Source: a virus | Lineage: Duplodnaviria; Caudoviricetes | IMG/VR virus record: IMGVR_UViG_3300022602_000025 | Direction: 5' to 3' (one strand) | DNA: 64,000 bases | Part shown: piece by piece, positions 54,108-64,000 of the stretch | How positions within the stretch are numbered: the stretch's first letter is position 1 | Layout of the letters: every line of letters starts with the position of its first letter | Notes under the pieces: generated by a model | Told to the model about the DNA's origin: nothing | What the model saw: only the letters and a program-made list of their open reading frames with translations | The model's database searches: none | Translations under genes and position numbers: made by a program

Positions 54108-57100
54108 ATGGCCGTAGGTCGCATTACGGGGCCAATGCTTGCGGATAACCTTATCCGTAATGGCGTTGACCTAGCATTTGAAACTAATTTATTATTCCTT
54201 GACGTCATTGATGGCCGCATTGGTATCAGTACCGCGACTCCGCAATACCAATTAGATGTTAACGGCACAGCCGCACTACAAAATCTAATTGTTCCACAAA
54301 AATCAACCCTAGCGAATTTTGTAATTACAGGTAGCAGTATCACTAATACTGTTGGTGATGTATTCATCTCTGCAGGACCTGAAGGGAAAATTCGTTTACA
54401 AAATTCAGTAGAAGTTACTGGAAATATCCACGCTACTGGAAACATTACAGCAGACGGTAATGTACAAATTGGTAACATTACTGGTACAGATACTGTTAGC
54501 GTATTCGCTAACTTTACATCAGATCTTATTCCACAAACACCTGATAATTATAATCTAGGTAGTGCAGATAAGACATGGGCTAACGGTTATTTTAATAACG
54601 TAGTAGCTGATTCAATATTAGGATTCACCGGCCAAGAAATTAACATTGGTCAAAAACTAGACCGCACAGGTAGTGATATCAATGTAGGTCCTATTGTTAA
54701 TCCAACAATTAATTTAAATGGTCCTGTACGCATTTGGGGAGATAATCCACTAGGTACAAGTCCAACAGTTTCAAATATTTTATATGTTAGCATGGACGGC
54801 GACGACACTAATGATGGTCGTGCTGCAGATGCTAGCCGTGCTTGCCGTACAATTGGCGGAGCAGTAAAATCTCCTTACTACAAATACGGTACAAGTATTA
54901 AAGTTGCACCAGGTCACTACTACGAAAATAATCCAATTGAATTAAAACCTTATACTTCAGTTATCGGTTCTGACTTGCGTACAACAAGTATTGAGCCAAT
55001 TAATAAGACTCAAGACTTATTCCATGTGCAATCAGGTAACTATCTTGCACAGATGCAGTTCTTAAACGGTCAATCAGGTTTATTACCTGGTCCTGGTTAT
55101 ACTCCAGGCACTAACCGTGGCGCATACTGTGCGGCGTTTCCACCTAACTATGGCGGAACAAAGATTGACGTATTCCACTCACCATATATTCAAAACTGTA
55201 CAAACCAATCTGGTCCATGGTTAATGGATGGAACAATGTTCTTTCCTAACTCTACAGTACAGCTTCCAAGTGCAGTAGGTACAGGTACATGGGCGATTAA
55301 TACTACATCAATTACAGTAAGTGTTAGTGAAGGAACAATCCAAGTTGGGCATTCAGTAAACGTTGGCCCAACACCTCAAGATTATGTAAATGCAAGAACA
55401 TTACTGTTAGCTAACTTACCTTTCTTCCAAGAACAAGTAATTGCGTATGTCGATGAAAATAATACTTTGTTTGGGTACAACAAAGAAAATTGCATTAGAG
55501 ATACTGGACTAATCATCGACAGTATGGTTGCTGACTTAGTGTTTGGTGGTAACGGATATACACAAAGCAATTTTGCAGGTTTACAATATTGGAGCCAACA
55601 AGGATATACAGGACAAATTGGCAACGAGTTATCGACTACAACAAATGCTCTAAGCTATGTACAAATTTTAGCAGAAAAACTCGTTGCTAATAATACAAGC
55701 GGTCCTCGCTATCAATCAACACTAACACAGACATTAGGTGTGGCGTCAACACAGTCTGCGGCAACTATCGCTAGTGAATTTACAACTATTATTAATATTT
55801 TAAATTCAGGTACTGTAGGCGTAACAGATCAAATTGTTTCAAATGGCATAACAGTTGTTTCAGCTGACGCACAAAACGCATTTAACACTTTACAAGCCAA
55901 CAAAGCATATATCCAAGCAGAAGCGGTTGCGTATGTTAACGCAGCTAATCCTGGATTTGTTTATGATCAAACAAAATGCTACCGCGACATAGGATATATT
56001 ATTGACAGCGTATCATTTGATATTCTTTACGGTGGCAATCGCCAAGCGATTCAAAGTGCTGTTTTATATTATGGATACTCTGACACTGACAGCATTGTTG
56101 CTTCAGAAGCACCACAAGTAACTGCGGCTTATTATAGAATTAAAGATATTGTATCACAAATTGTAATCAACCAAGTTATTACAAAATCAGAAGGTAACCT
56201 TAGCTCACAGAATACTAGCTTACCATCGGCTACAAGTAGTGAAGCACAGACATTACAGTCAATGGTTAATTTAATTACAGAAATTATTAACGCTGGTCCT
56301 AATTCTGCATTAACTCTTAAACCAATTAGTGTAACTAAGTCAGCTAACACTAACATCTTAAATGCGGCTGCTATTTTAAGAGCTAACAGAGCATTTATTA
56401 TCACGGAAGTAATCAGCTACGTTGATCAATTCTATAATAATAAGTTTGCTTACAATGAACCTAAATGCTATCGTGACACTGGATTGATTGTTGATTCTAT
56501 CGCGATGGACATATTATATGCAGGTGATAGTCAGACTACATTTGCAGGCTTGCAGTATTGGAATCAAGACTTAGGCTATACAGGTGCCATTGGTGCAGAA
56601 ATTACAACTACAACTAATGCGATCCAATACCTAAAACAACTTGCTCAATCAATTATTGTTAATGCAACAGGTACAACTTATCAAAATACAGTAACGCAGA
56701 TATTAAGCAGTGCTGCTACCGTGGCAGAACAAGTTACTGTTGGTAAAGAATTTGATTACATTATAAACATTTTGAATACTGGAACAGCAGGAGTAACAGA
56801 CTCCATAGTTCCAAACGGTATAGCAACAACTTCAACAAATATTCTAAATGCTTACAGCTTGCTACAAGCAAACAAACCATTTATGCAAGCAGAAATTGTT
56901 GCATGGGTGGCTGCAAACAATCCTGGATTTGACTATAATCACGCAACATGCTATCGCGATGTAGGATACATTATTGACAGCATCAGTTTTGACCTTGTTC
57001 ATGGAGGTAACCGCCAAGCCTTCCAAGCAGGTGTTTACTATTATTCGTACGATGCTAATTCAACAGCGGTACCAAACGAAGTTCCTCAAGTAGTCGCGGC

Positions 57101-60100
57101 ATACGATCATATTAAAAATATTATTGGAAAAATCCTAACTGGTCAAACTGTTAATCCAACAACAGGAAATACTTCTACACAAGTTACTGCGCTGTCAACA
57201 GCAAGCTCTGGAGTAGTTACAACAGCTTACGGTTTAATTGATAATATCACAAACATTATTAATAATGGCCCTTCAGTTGCCGGATCTAAAACTCCAATTA
57301 GCCTAACACCAAGTGTTGATCCTAACACAGCGTATGCTTACAACATGTTGATGGCTAACAGAGCATTTATACAAGCAGAAACTATTGCTTACACTAACTT
57401 GTTTAATCAAGGCTTTGTCTATAACCGAGCAAAATGTAAACGAGATATTGGTCTTGTTGTTGAAAACATTGCCTATGACGTTGCCTTTGGTGGAAATGCA
57501 AAAACTGTTGAAGCAGGTCTTGCTTATTGGAATGGTGTAACAAGTTATATTCCAAACGAAATCACAACAACTACAAATGCCTTTACATATCTAGGGGAAC
57601 TTGCGGTTGATGTGTTAGCCAATGTTACAGCAACTAATTTATTAAACACATATCAAACAGCACCACAAGTTATTAACTATGTGTTGACTAATGGTTCAAC
57701 AGCCGCACCGTTAGTAACAAAACTAATTGGTGTTATGAATAATATTATTCAAAATGGTCCATCTGTGGCTCCTCCGGTACAAACAGGAAACGGACCAGAT
57801 TGGGGTTCTGTAAGTGCTGAAGTATTATTACAGGCTAACAGAAGATTTATTCAAACTGAAGTTATTAACTGGGTAGATGATAATTTTCCAAACTTTATCT
57901 ATAGAGAAGATCTATGCTATAGAGATACTGGTCTAATTATTGACGCGATTAGTCAAGACATTATTTTAAATGCTAATGCTAAATCTATTGAAGCAGGTCT
58001 TACATACTGGACCGGTGGTGTTAACTCTGTAGCTAAAGAATTAACTACAACAACAGCTGCACTGAACTACGCTAAATCATTGGCATTACAGATTATCAAC
58101 AATACCACAGTTACTACATCAGCATTTACATTTACATCTGCTAAATGTGCTCGTGACACTGGATTAATTGTTGATGCACTGGCTCAAGATTTATTATTTG
58201 GCGGTAACAGCCAAAGTACGTTTGCTGGCATCCAATATTGGAACCACGGTAATTATGTTGGAAACATTCCAAATGAAATCACAACAACAACAGCCGCATT
58301 GAATTATATCAGTAGCGTTGCTCAAAAAATTGTTCTTAATGATTTCTCAGGACCACGCTATCAAAATACAGTAACACAAGTGGCTACAGTTCCTGCAACT
58401 AACGCACAGAAATCTACAGTGGCTAACGAGTTTTCAGTTATCACAAACATTTTAACAAATGGCGTGACAGGAATTACAGATACAATTATTCCTAACGGAT
58501 TTACAGCAAACACAGATTATAATGTTGTTAATGCTTTCACAGCACTACAAAATAATAAGTCATATCTGCAAGCAGAAGTTATTGCATGGATTGAAGCTAA
58601 TAAGAGTTTCAAATATAATCAAGCAAAATGCAGTCGCGACACAGGATTGATCGTTGACAGTATTATTTTTGACTTGTTATATCCATCAACACATGGATCT
58701 AGTCAAGCAACTTTTGCGGCATTGTCATATTGGAATCAAGACAGCGGATACATTGGCTCTATTGGTAATGAGTTAACAACAACAACTAACGCAATTAATT
58801 ACGTAAGTAATCTAGCACAAGCTGTGGTTCAAAATATTACAGCAGGTACAAGATATCAAAATGCTGTACCTCAAGTTACAGGAACCGCTGCCACAACAGC
58901 TGAAGCAACAATATTACAAACAGAATTTAATTTAATTACTCATATTATTAATTCTGGAACATCTGGTGTAACTGATCTAATCGTTCCTAACGGTATTTCT
59001 GCATCAACATCTACAAACATTAATAGTGCTTATACATTACTACAAGCAAATAGAGCATACATTCAAGCAGAGGCTGTAGCATTTGTAGAAGCAACTAAGA
59101 CAGCCGGATTTGTTTACAATCCAGATACTTGCTATCGCGATGTTGGATACATGATTGACTCTGTGAGCTTTGACTTATTGCACGGCGGTAATCGTCAAGC
59201 AATTCAATCAGGTGTATACTACTATACATTTGATAGCACATCAACTTCGATTGCAGGAGAAATTCCGCAAACTATCGCAGCTTATCAATATCTTGACACT
59301 CTAGTTAAATCTATTGCACAAAATATTGTTATCACTCCTCAACAAACAGATGTGGCGCAAGTTACTACTGATTTAATAAGTGCAAATGGCTCAGTGATCA
59401 ATAGCATTGGCGCTGAAACAGATAGAATTATTAAAATTCTTGAAAATGGACCAAGCGAAGTTGCGTACAAAGAACCAATTGGACTATCTGAAACATCAGA
59501 CGGTAATTTAATCATAGCTGCAACTAACATTTTAGCTAACAAGGCATTCATCCAAGCTGAGGTAATTGCTTATATCAATAAATTCTTTGCTTTCAACTAT
59601 AATGTTGAAACATGCCAACGAGATATAGGATATATTATTGATAGTGTGAGCTTTGACTTGTTATATGGCGGTAATCGTCAAGCAATTCAATCAGGTGTAT
59701 ACTATTGGGGTTACAATAATACCAGCACAAGTTTGCCAAGAGAGCAAAATGCTTCCACACAAGCATACAATTACATGAGTCAAATTATCTCAAGTATTGT
59801 AACAGCTACACCGTTGCCACTAACTTATCAAACAGCGGTTACCCAGGTAACTAATTTACCTGCGGCGACATCAAATGAAGCAGCCTCAATCGCAACTAAT
59901 GTTGAATTAATTACTACTATCATCAATAATGGTCCTGCATCAGCACCAGCTAAGAAACCTATTGGTCTTGTACAAAGCAATAATGCGTTTGTTAATAATG
60001 CAGTTGCACTACTAGAAGCAAATAGATCATTTATACAAGCAGAGGTTATTGCGTTTGTTGATGCAACAATCGTATCTAATCAACAGGTTATTAACACATT

Positions 60101-63100
60101 CTATAACAAAGGTGCTAACGCTACATTATCTGTAACACGTAACTTTGATTTAATTACAAATATTGTTAATAACGGTCCAGGTGTTGCACCTACAAGCACA
60201 CAAGGTAACGGAATTTATAACTATACTGGTCTTGTAGGAGATGACGTAAGAATTGCTCCAACCGTAACTTCAGTAACAACAGTAACTACTGGAACATATC
60301 TAGTGACACTAAGTCAAAGTACTGTTGGTTATGGTGATAGTACTACTTTATACTTTGGTGATACACTGGTGTTCCCACTATTAGATAGTGCTATTCCAGA
60401 TCGTTGGCAACAACGCCGTATTAATCCATATGGATCTATGGGCGGTGCTCTTGTAGACGGTGCTGTAGTTTCAGCTCGTTCACCAATTAACTCTTTCGTG
60501 TTTGATGCGTTTACTCAAGTTAACCAGGGCGGTATCGGTATACACATTAACAACAACGGATACGCACAGTTAGTTTCTGTGTTTACGATCTTCTGTTCAA
60601 CCGCTGTATTAACAGAGAACGGTGGTATCGCTTCTATTACTAACTCTAACGCCAACTTTGGTGATCAATGCTTAGTATCTAAGGGCTATGGAACAAGAGA
60701 ATTTAGTGGTTACATTTATAATCCACCAGTGGCTCCATATTATCCAAACGGTGTATACCCACAGAGCGGTAGCGTGGAAGTTTATATCGCTGATCCAGGC
60801 CTACGTCCACACATTTCATTGATTATGGAAGTTGAGCCACCAGAAGGTTATAAAAACTATCAAGGACTTCCTGGTTTCTTAACAGGTAATACAAACATCG
60901 GAGTTCTTACAACAGGAACAATTTTAATTACTGGTATTGATAATACAGGAATGGTTGTAGGTCAAAGTTTCTATGTAGTTGACCAATACGGTCTCCAAGT
61001 AGATGCAAATAACCAACCTTATGTAACTCCTGGTACAATCGTTGCTGATGTAGCGTATCAAAGCGTTACACTAAATTATCCATTGAATAGTGGTGGTGGC
61101 GATCCTAATAACAGTAACTACTTCAATCTATATACATCTGGTAATGCGTACTACACAGTACTGTCAAGTACTGTAGCACCAGATCCAATTACTCCAGGTA
61201 CACTATTGCTTCCAGGAGTACAAAATCTTCAAGAAGATGTGGCATTAGGATTCTTAGGAACATTAACTTCTTATATTATTTCTAATACTCCTGTAACTCC
61301 ATTGCAAACAGCAACTACACAAGTGTACGACTTGAGTTTAGTCGGTGGTGCAGGTGCAGAATCATTCATTGTAAACGATTTAAACATCATCGGTAGTATC
61401 TTAGTAAACGGATACTCAAGTGCTCCAACAGTAACAACTAGTGGAACATTACCAACAGGTGCATCACAAGCGGCCAGCTTGTTAAATGATAACCGTGCGT
61501 TCATACAAGATGAAGTAGTACAATACATTAATAACACATATCCGCCATTCACATATAATCAACAAACTTGCTACCGTGATACAGGATTGATTGTTGATGC
61601 TATTGCACAAGACTTATTATTCTTAACAGATAGCCAATCAACATTTGCTGGTATCCAATACTGGAATCAAGTAAGTTACACTGGTGCTATTGGTTCAGAA
61701 ATTACTACAACGACAGCTGCGATTTCTTATATTAAAACATTATCACAACAGGTAATTCAAAATATTACTGGTGGTACTCGTTATGGTACAGAAACACAAA
61801 TTACAGGTATCGCAGGAACTATTGATGAATCTAACACTATTGGTGCAGACTTTGATTTAATATTATCAATATTAAACACAGGTACAGCTGGTGTAACAGA
61901 TTTAATTGTCCCTAATGGAATCACAACAAGCACTAATGCCAACGTGGTTAACTCATATAACTTGTTGCAAGCTAACAGACAGTACATCCAAAGTGAAGCT
62001 GTTGCGTTTGTTGAGTCAACTAAGACTCCTGGATTTGCATACAATACAGCAACTTGCTATAGAGATGTAGGATACATCATTGACTCTGTAAGTTTTGACT
62101 TGTTATATGGCGGCAACCGTCAGGCAATTCAAAGTGCTGTTTACTATTACGGTTACAGCACAACTTCAAGTTCAGTATCAAATGAGCTACCAGAAGTAAC
62201 AGCGGCATATCAACACCTAAGCATTATTGCTGATCAAATTATTAGAGGCGAGACTGTAACAACATATCAATCAACTGTTACACAAATTGCATACTTACCA
62301 AAAGGTACAAGTGCAGAATCAACTATTGTTGCTGACAGACTTAATTTGATTACTAATATTATAAACAATGGTCCATATGTTGTCAACGGTCCGTTGCCAG
62401 TAACAACTTGCACAGACATCAACGCTGTAAATTCAGCTATGATGATTGAACAAAATAGAAACTTTATTATTGCTGAAACAAATGCGTATATCAATAGTGC
62501 GTTCCCAGGATTTGTATACAACACAGCAACATGCTCACGTGATACAGGATTGATTGTTGATGCGATCGCACAAGACTTAGCGTTTAACAGCTTCAGTCAA
62601 ATTTATTTTGCAGGCGAACAGTATTGGAATCACAACGGATACGTTGGTGCTATTGCAAGTGAACTAACAACTACTACAGCCGCTATCAACTACGTTAAAA
62701 ATCTAGCACAGAAAATTGTGTTGAACGATACATCTGGTCCACGTTATCAGTCAATCGCAACTCAATCTACATCATTAAGTCCTGCAACATCAGCAGAAGC
62801 ATCTGCGATTGGCGCAGACTTCAATGTTATTCTACAGATTCTAAACACAGGAACAAGCGGTGTAACAGATTTAATTGTACCAAACAGCTTAACTCCGAGT
62901 GGAAGTTTCAACGTTAATGTAGCATTTGAAAACTTGCAAGCAAACAAAGCATATATCCAAGCAGAAGCAGTTGCGTATGTTGACGCAATTAAATCTAGTG
63001 GATTTAATTACAATTCAGAAACATGTTATCGCGATGTTGGATACATGATTGATGCAATTAGTATTGACTTATTATACGGTGGTAATCGTCAAGCTGTACA

Positions 63101-63971
63101 GGCAGGTACTTACTACTATGGATTCAATGCAAGTTCAACAGCATTACCCGGTGAACAAATACAGGCAGTGGCTGCGTACAACTATATTAAATCAATATTG
63201 CCAAATATTGTAGAAGGTGTTCCACTACCATCAACATACCAAGGAACAGTATCACAAGTAACTAGTGGCACTCCTGGTAATGTTGAATGGGCAGAAGTTG
63301 CACAAATTAACGTTGATATCTTGACAGGTATTATTACTAATGGTCCAAAAGCACCATTACCTAAGAGACCAATTAACTTGAACATGAGTTCAACTCAGTC
63401 AGTGATTAATGCAGCCGCAATACTAAAAGCCAACAGAACATTTATGCAAGCAGAAACTATTGCATATATCAACAAAGCATTTGGTTCATACAATGTAGCA
63501 AAATGTAAACGTGACGTTGGATTAATCGTTGATGCCCTAGTATATGATTTAGCTAATGGCGGAAACTACAATGCGGTTGTTGCAGGACAAAGCTATTATG
63601 CTACTCATGGCACACATCATATTGTTAACTTAGAAGAAGCAGTAACTGATCCAGGATTATTCCCAGACGGTGCTATTATTAATTTCTATCAACGCTCATA
63701 TCAATCAGCTTCTGGTTACTTGTTTGAGTATGTAGGTGCTGGTACAAACTACGGTGCTTTACCGCAAAGAGGTAAAGCTGACGTTGTTCAAACAAAAGAA
63801 ACAATTCAGTTGAACAACGGTAAGGTGTTCTTTACATCAACTGACCAAAACGGTGACTTCCGTATTGGCCCAGGATTGGTAATTAGCCAGGCAACTGGTG
63901 TGTTATCAGGAAGAACATTTACAAAATCATTATTTGCGAATATGACTCCGTTCATATTGGCAATTGAATAA
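54108..63971 (+). CDS. Giant (3287 aa) virion-associated repeat protein with 15 CxRDxG modules
   Basis: Fifteen C-x-R-D-(T/V/I)-G-(L/Y) repeats of ~110-170 aa. N-terminal fibre motifs, then a YVSMDGDDTNDG...HSPYIQNCT segment continuing as DAFTQVNQGGIG...LVSVFTIFC, suggestive of a beta-helix/pectin-lyase-like domain interrupted by the repeats. Confidence 0.75.
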   Translation: MAVGRITGPMLADNLIRNGVDLAFETNLLFLDVIDGRIGISTATPQYQLDVNGTAALQNLIVPQKSTLANFVITGSSITNTVGDVFISAGPEGKIRLQNSVEVTGNIHATGNITADGNVQIGNITGTDTVSVFANFTSDLIPQTPDNYNLGSADKTWANGYFNNVVADSILGFTGQEINIGQKLDRTGSDINVGPIVNPTINLNGPVRIWGDNPLGTSPTVSNILYVSMDGDDTNDGRAADASRACRTIGGAVKSPYYKYGTSIKVAPGHYYENNPIELKPYTSVIGSDLRTTSIEPINKTQDLFHVQSGNYLAQMQFLNGQSGLLPGPGYTPGTNRGAYCAAFPPNYGGTKIDVFHSPYIQNCTNQSGPWLMDGTMFFPNSTVQLPSAVGTGTWAINTTSITVSVSEGTIQVGHSVNVGPTPQDYVNARTLLLANLPFFQEQVIAYVDENNTLFGYNKENCIRDTGLIIDSMVADLVFGGNGYTQSNFAGLQYWSQQGYTGQIGNELSTTTNALSYVQILAEKLVANNTSGPRYQSTLTQTLGVASTQSAATIASEFTTIINILNSGTVGVTDQIVSNGITVVSADAQNAFNTLQANKAYIQAEAVAYVNAANPGFVYDQTKCYRDIGYIIDSVSFDILYGGNRQAIQSAVLYYGYSDTDSIVASEAPQVTAAYYRIKDIVSQIVINQVITKSEGNLSSQNTSLPSATSSEAQTLQSMVNLITEIINAGPNSALTLKPISVTKSANTNILNAAAILRANRAFIITEVISYVDQFYNNKFAYNEPKCYRDTGLIVDSIAMDILYAGDSQTTFAGLQYWNQDLGYTGAIGAEITTTTNAIQYLKQLAQSIIVNATGTTYQNTVTQILSSAATVAEQVTVGKEFDYIINILNTGTAGVTDSIVPNGIATTSTNILNAYSLLQANKPFMQAEIVAWVAANNPGFDYNHATCYRDVGYIIDSISFDLVHGGNRQAFQAGVYYYSYDANSTAVPNEVPQVVAAYDHIKNIIGKILTGQTVNPTTGNTSTQVTALSTASSGVVTTAYGLIDNITNIINNGPSVAGSKTPISLTPSVDPNTAYAYNMLMANRAFIQAETIAYTNLFNQGFVYNRAKCKRDIGLVVENIAYDVAFGGNAKTVEAGLAYWNGVTSYIPNEITTTTNAFTYLGELAVDVLANVTATNLLNTYQTAPQVINYVLTNGSTAAPLVTKLIGVMNNIIQNGPSVAPPVQTGNGPDWGSVSAEVLLQANRRFIQTEVINWVDDNFPNFIYREDLCYRDTGLIIDAISQDIILNANAKSIEAGLTYWTGGVNSVAKELTTTTAALNYAKSLALQIINNTTVTTSAFTFTSAKCARDTGLIVDALAQDLLFGGNSQSTFAGIQYWNHGNYVGNIPNEITTTTAALNYISSVAQKIVLNDFSGPRYQNTVTQVATVPATNAQKSTVANEFSVITNILTNGVTGITDTIIPNGFTANTDYNVVNAFTALQNNKSYLQAEVIAWIEANKSFKYNQAKCSRDTGLIVDSIIFDLLYPSTHGSSQATFAALSYWNQDSGYIGSIGNELTTTTNAINYVSNLAQAVVQNITAGTRYQNAVPQVTGTAATTAEATILQTEFNLITHIINSGTSGVTDLIVPNGISASTSTNINSAYTLLQANRAYIQAEAVAFVEATKTAGFVYNPDTCYRDVGYMIDSVSFDLLHGGNRQAIQSGVYYYTFDSTSTSIAGEIPQTIAAYQYLDTLVKSIAQNIVITPQQTDVAQVTTDLISANGSVINSIGAETDRIIKILENGPSEVAYKEPIGLSETSDGNLIIAATNILANKAFIQAEVIAYINKFFAFNYNVETCQRDIGYIIDSVSFDLLYGGNRQAIQSGVYYWGYNNTSTSLPREQNASTQAYNYMSQIISSIVTATPLPLTYQTAVTQVTNLPAATSNEAASIATNVELITTIINNGPASAPAKKPIGLVQSNNAFVNNAVALLEANRSFIQAEVIAFVDATIVSNQQVINTFYNKGANATLSVTRNFDLITNIVNNGPGVAPTSTQGNGIYNYTGLVGDDVRIAPTVTSVTTVTTGTYLVTLSQSTVGYGDSTTLYFGDTLVFPLLDSAIPDRWQQRRINPYGSMGGALVDGAVVSARSPINSFVFDAFTQVNQGGIGIHINNNGYAQLVSVFTIFCSTAVLTENGGIASITNSNANFGDQCLVSKGYGTREFSGYIYNPPVAPYYPNGVYPQSGSVEVYIADPGLRPHISLIMEVEPPEGYKNYQGLPGFLTGNTNIGVLTTGTILITGIDNTGMVVGQSFYVVDQYGLQVDANNQPYVTPGTIVADVAYQSVTLNYPLNSGGGDPNNSNYFNLYTSGNAYYTVLSSTVAPDPITPGTLLLPGVQNLQEDVALGFLGTLTSYIISNTPVTPLQTATTQVYDLSLVGGAGAESFIVNDLNIIGSILVNGYSSAPTVTTSGTLPTGASQAASLLNDNRAFIQDEVVQYINNTYPPFTYNQQTCYRDTGLIVDAIAQDLLFLTDSQSTFAGIQYWNQVSYTGAIGSEITTTTAAISYIKTLSQQVIQNITGGTRYGTETQITGIAGTIDESNTIGADFDLILSILNTGTAGVTDLIVPNGITTSTNANVVNSYNLLQANRQYIQSEAVAFVESTKTPGFAYNTATCYRDVGYIIDSVSFDLLYGGNRQAIQSAVYYYGYSTTSSSVSNELPEVTAAYQHLSIIADQIIRGETVTTYQSTVTQIAYLPKGTSAESTIVADRLNLITNIINNGPYVVNGPLPVTTCTDINAVNSAMMIEQNRNFIIAETNAYINSAFPGFVYNTATCSRDTGLIVDAIAQDLAFNSFSQIYFAGEQYWNHNGYVGAIASELTTTTAAINYVKNLAQKIVLNDTSGPRYQSIATQSTSLSPATSAEASAIGADFNVILQILNTGTSGVTDLIVPNSLTPSGSFNVNVAFENLQANKAYIQAEAVAYVDAIKSSGFNYNSETCYRDVGYMIDAISIDLLYGGNRQAVQAGTYYYGFNASSTALPGEQIQAVAAYNYIKSILPNIVEGVPLPSTYQGTVSQVTSGTPGNVEWAEVAQINVDILTGIITNGPKAPLPKRPINLNMSSTQSVINAAAILKANRTFMQAETIAYINKAFGSYNVAKCKRDVGLIVDALVYDLANGGNYNAVVAGQSYYATHGTHHIVNLEEAVTDPGLFPDGAIINFYQRSYQSASGYLFEYVGAGTNYGALPQRGKADVVQTKETIQLNNGKVFFTSTDQNGDFRIGPGLVISQATGVLSGRTFTKSLFANMTPFILAIE
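59184..59704 (+). repeat. Identical 38-nt direct repeat inside the giant gene
   Basis: GGCGGTAATCGTCAAGCAATTCAATCAGGTGTATACTA at 59184-59221 and 59667-59704. Confidence 0.9.
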
Positions 63972-63986
63972 CGAGGATAAAATAAA

Positions 63987-64000
63987 ATGGCCTTATTACC
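63987..64000 (+). CDS. Start of next gene (partial, MALLP...)
   Basis: GAGG SD at 63973-63976 and ATG at 63987. Truncated by the window end. Confidence 0.5.

Noticed and set aside
531-63385. Dozens of 60-180 aa ORFs antisense to or nested within long genes (e.g. 531-944, 10801-11154, 41820-42302, 43080-43628, 54074-54478)
   Set aside because: They are shadow ORFs produced by the strong codon bias of the real genes. They have no SD, no recognisable motifs, and full overlap with well-supported CDSs.
54108-63971. CRISPR-like array suggested by recurring DNA motifs
   Set aside because: The repeats are coding, in frame, degenerate and hundreds of nt apart. There is no repeat-spacer periodicity.
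1-64000. Stop-codon reassignment, as seen in some large phages
   Set aside because: The standard code gives dense, full-length genes up to 4558 aa, and TAA, TAG and TGA all terminate genes at sensible boundaries.

Overview
The window is a 64-kb, AT-rich segment of a large T4-like (gp55/gp23-type) myovirus genome, almost entirely virion morphogenesis genes. Minus-strand block 1-32590 holds a baseplate/fibre operon: tube initiator, gp53-like, hub, gp5 spike with C-terminal muramidase-like domain, gp25, gp6, a 4558-aa gp7-position giant, a collagen fibre and four paralogous fibre genes. A plus-strand block from 32709 holds a gp55-like late sigma factor, gp47/gp46, two histone-H1(Hc1)-like genes, a SAM methyltransferase, a GIY-YIG protein and a ~440-nt non-coding, densely base-paired region. 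A short minus-strand gp26/gp51-like pair follows. Then come tape measure, portal, core, protease, scaffold and major capsid genes, an inverted GH19 endolysin, several structural genes and a 3287-aa CxRD-repeat protein. Best leads: (1) a candidate large structured ncRNA with a 7-bp loop pseudoknot directly behind the GIY-YIG gene; (2) an in-phase -1 slippery site (T TTT TTC) fusing the gp26-like and gp51-like ORFs like a lambda G/GT tail chaperone; (3) late TAAATA promoters 5-7 nt before SD-less ATGs, suggesting leaderless late mRNAs; (4) structured 5' leaders on structural genes. No tRNA, rRNA, CRISPR array, integrase or reverse transcriptase was seen. All family assignments come from motif recognition by eye, not database searches.
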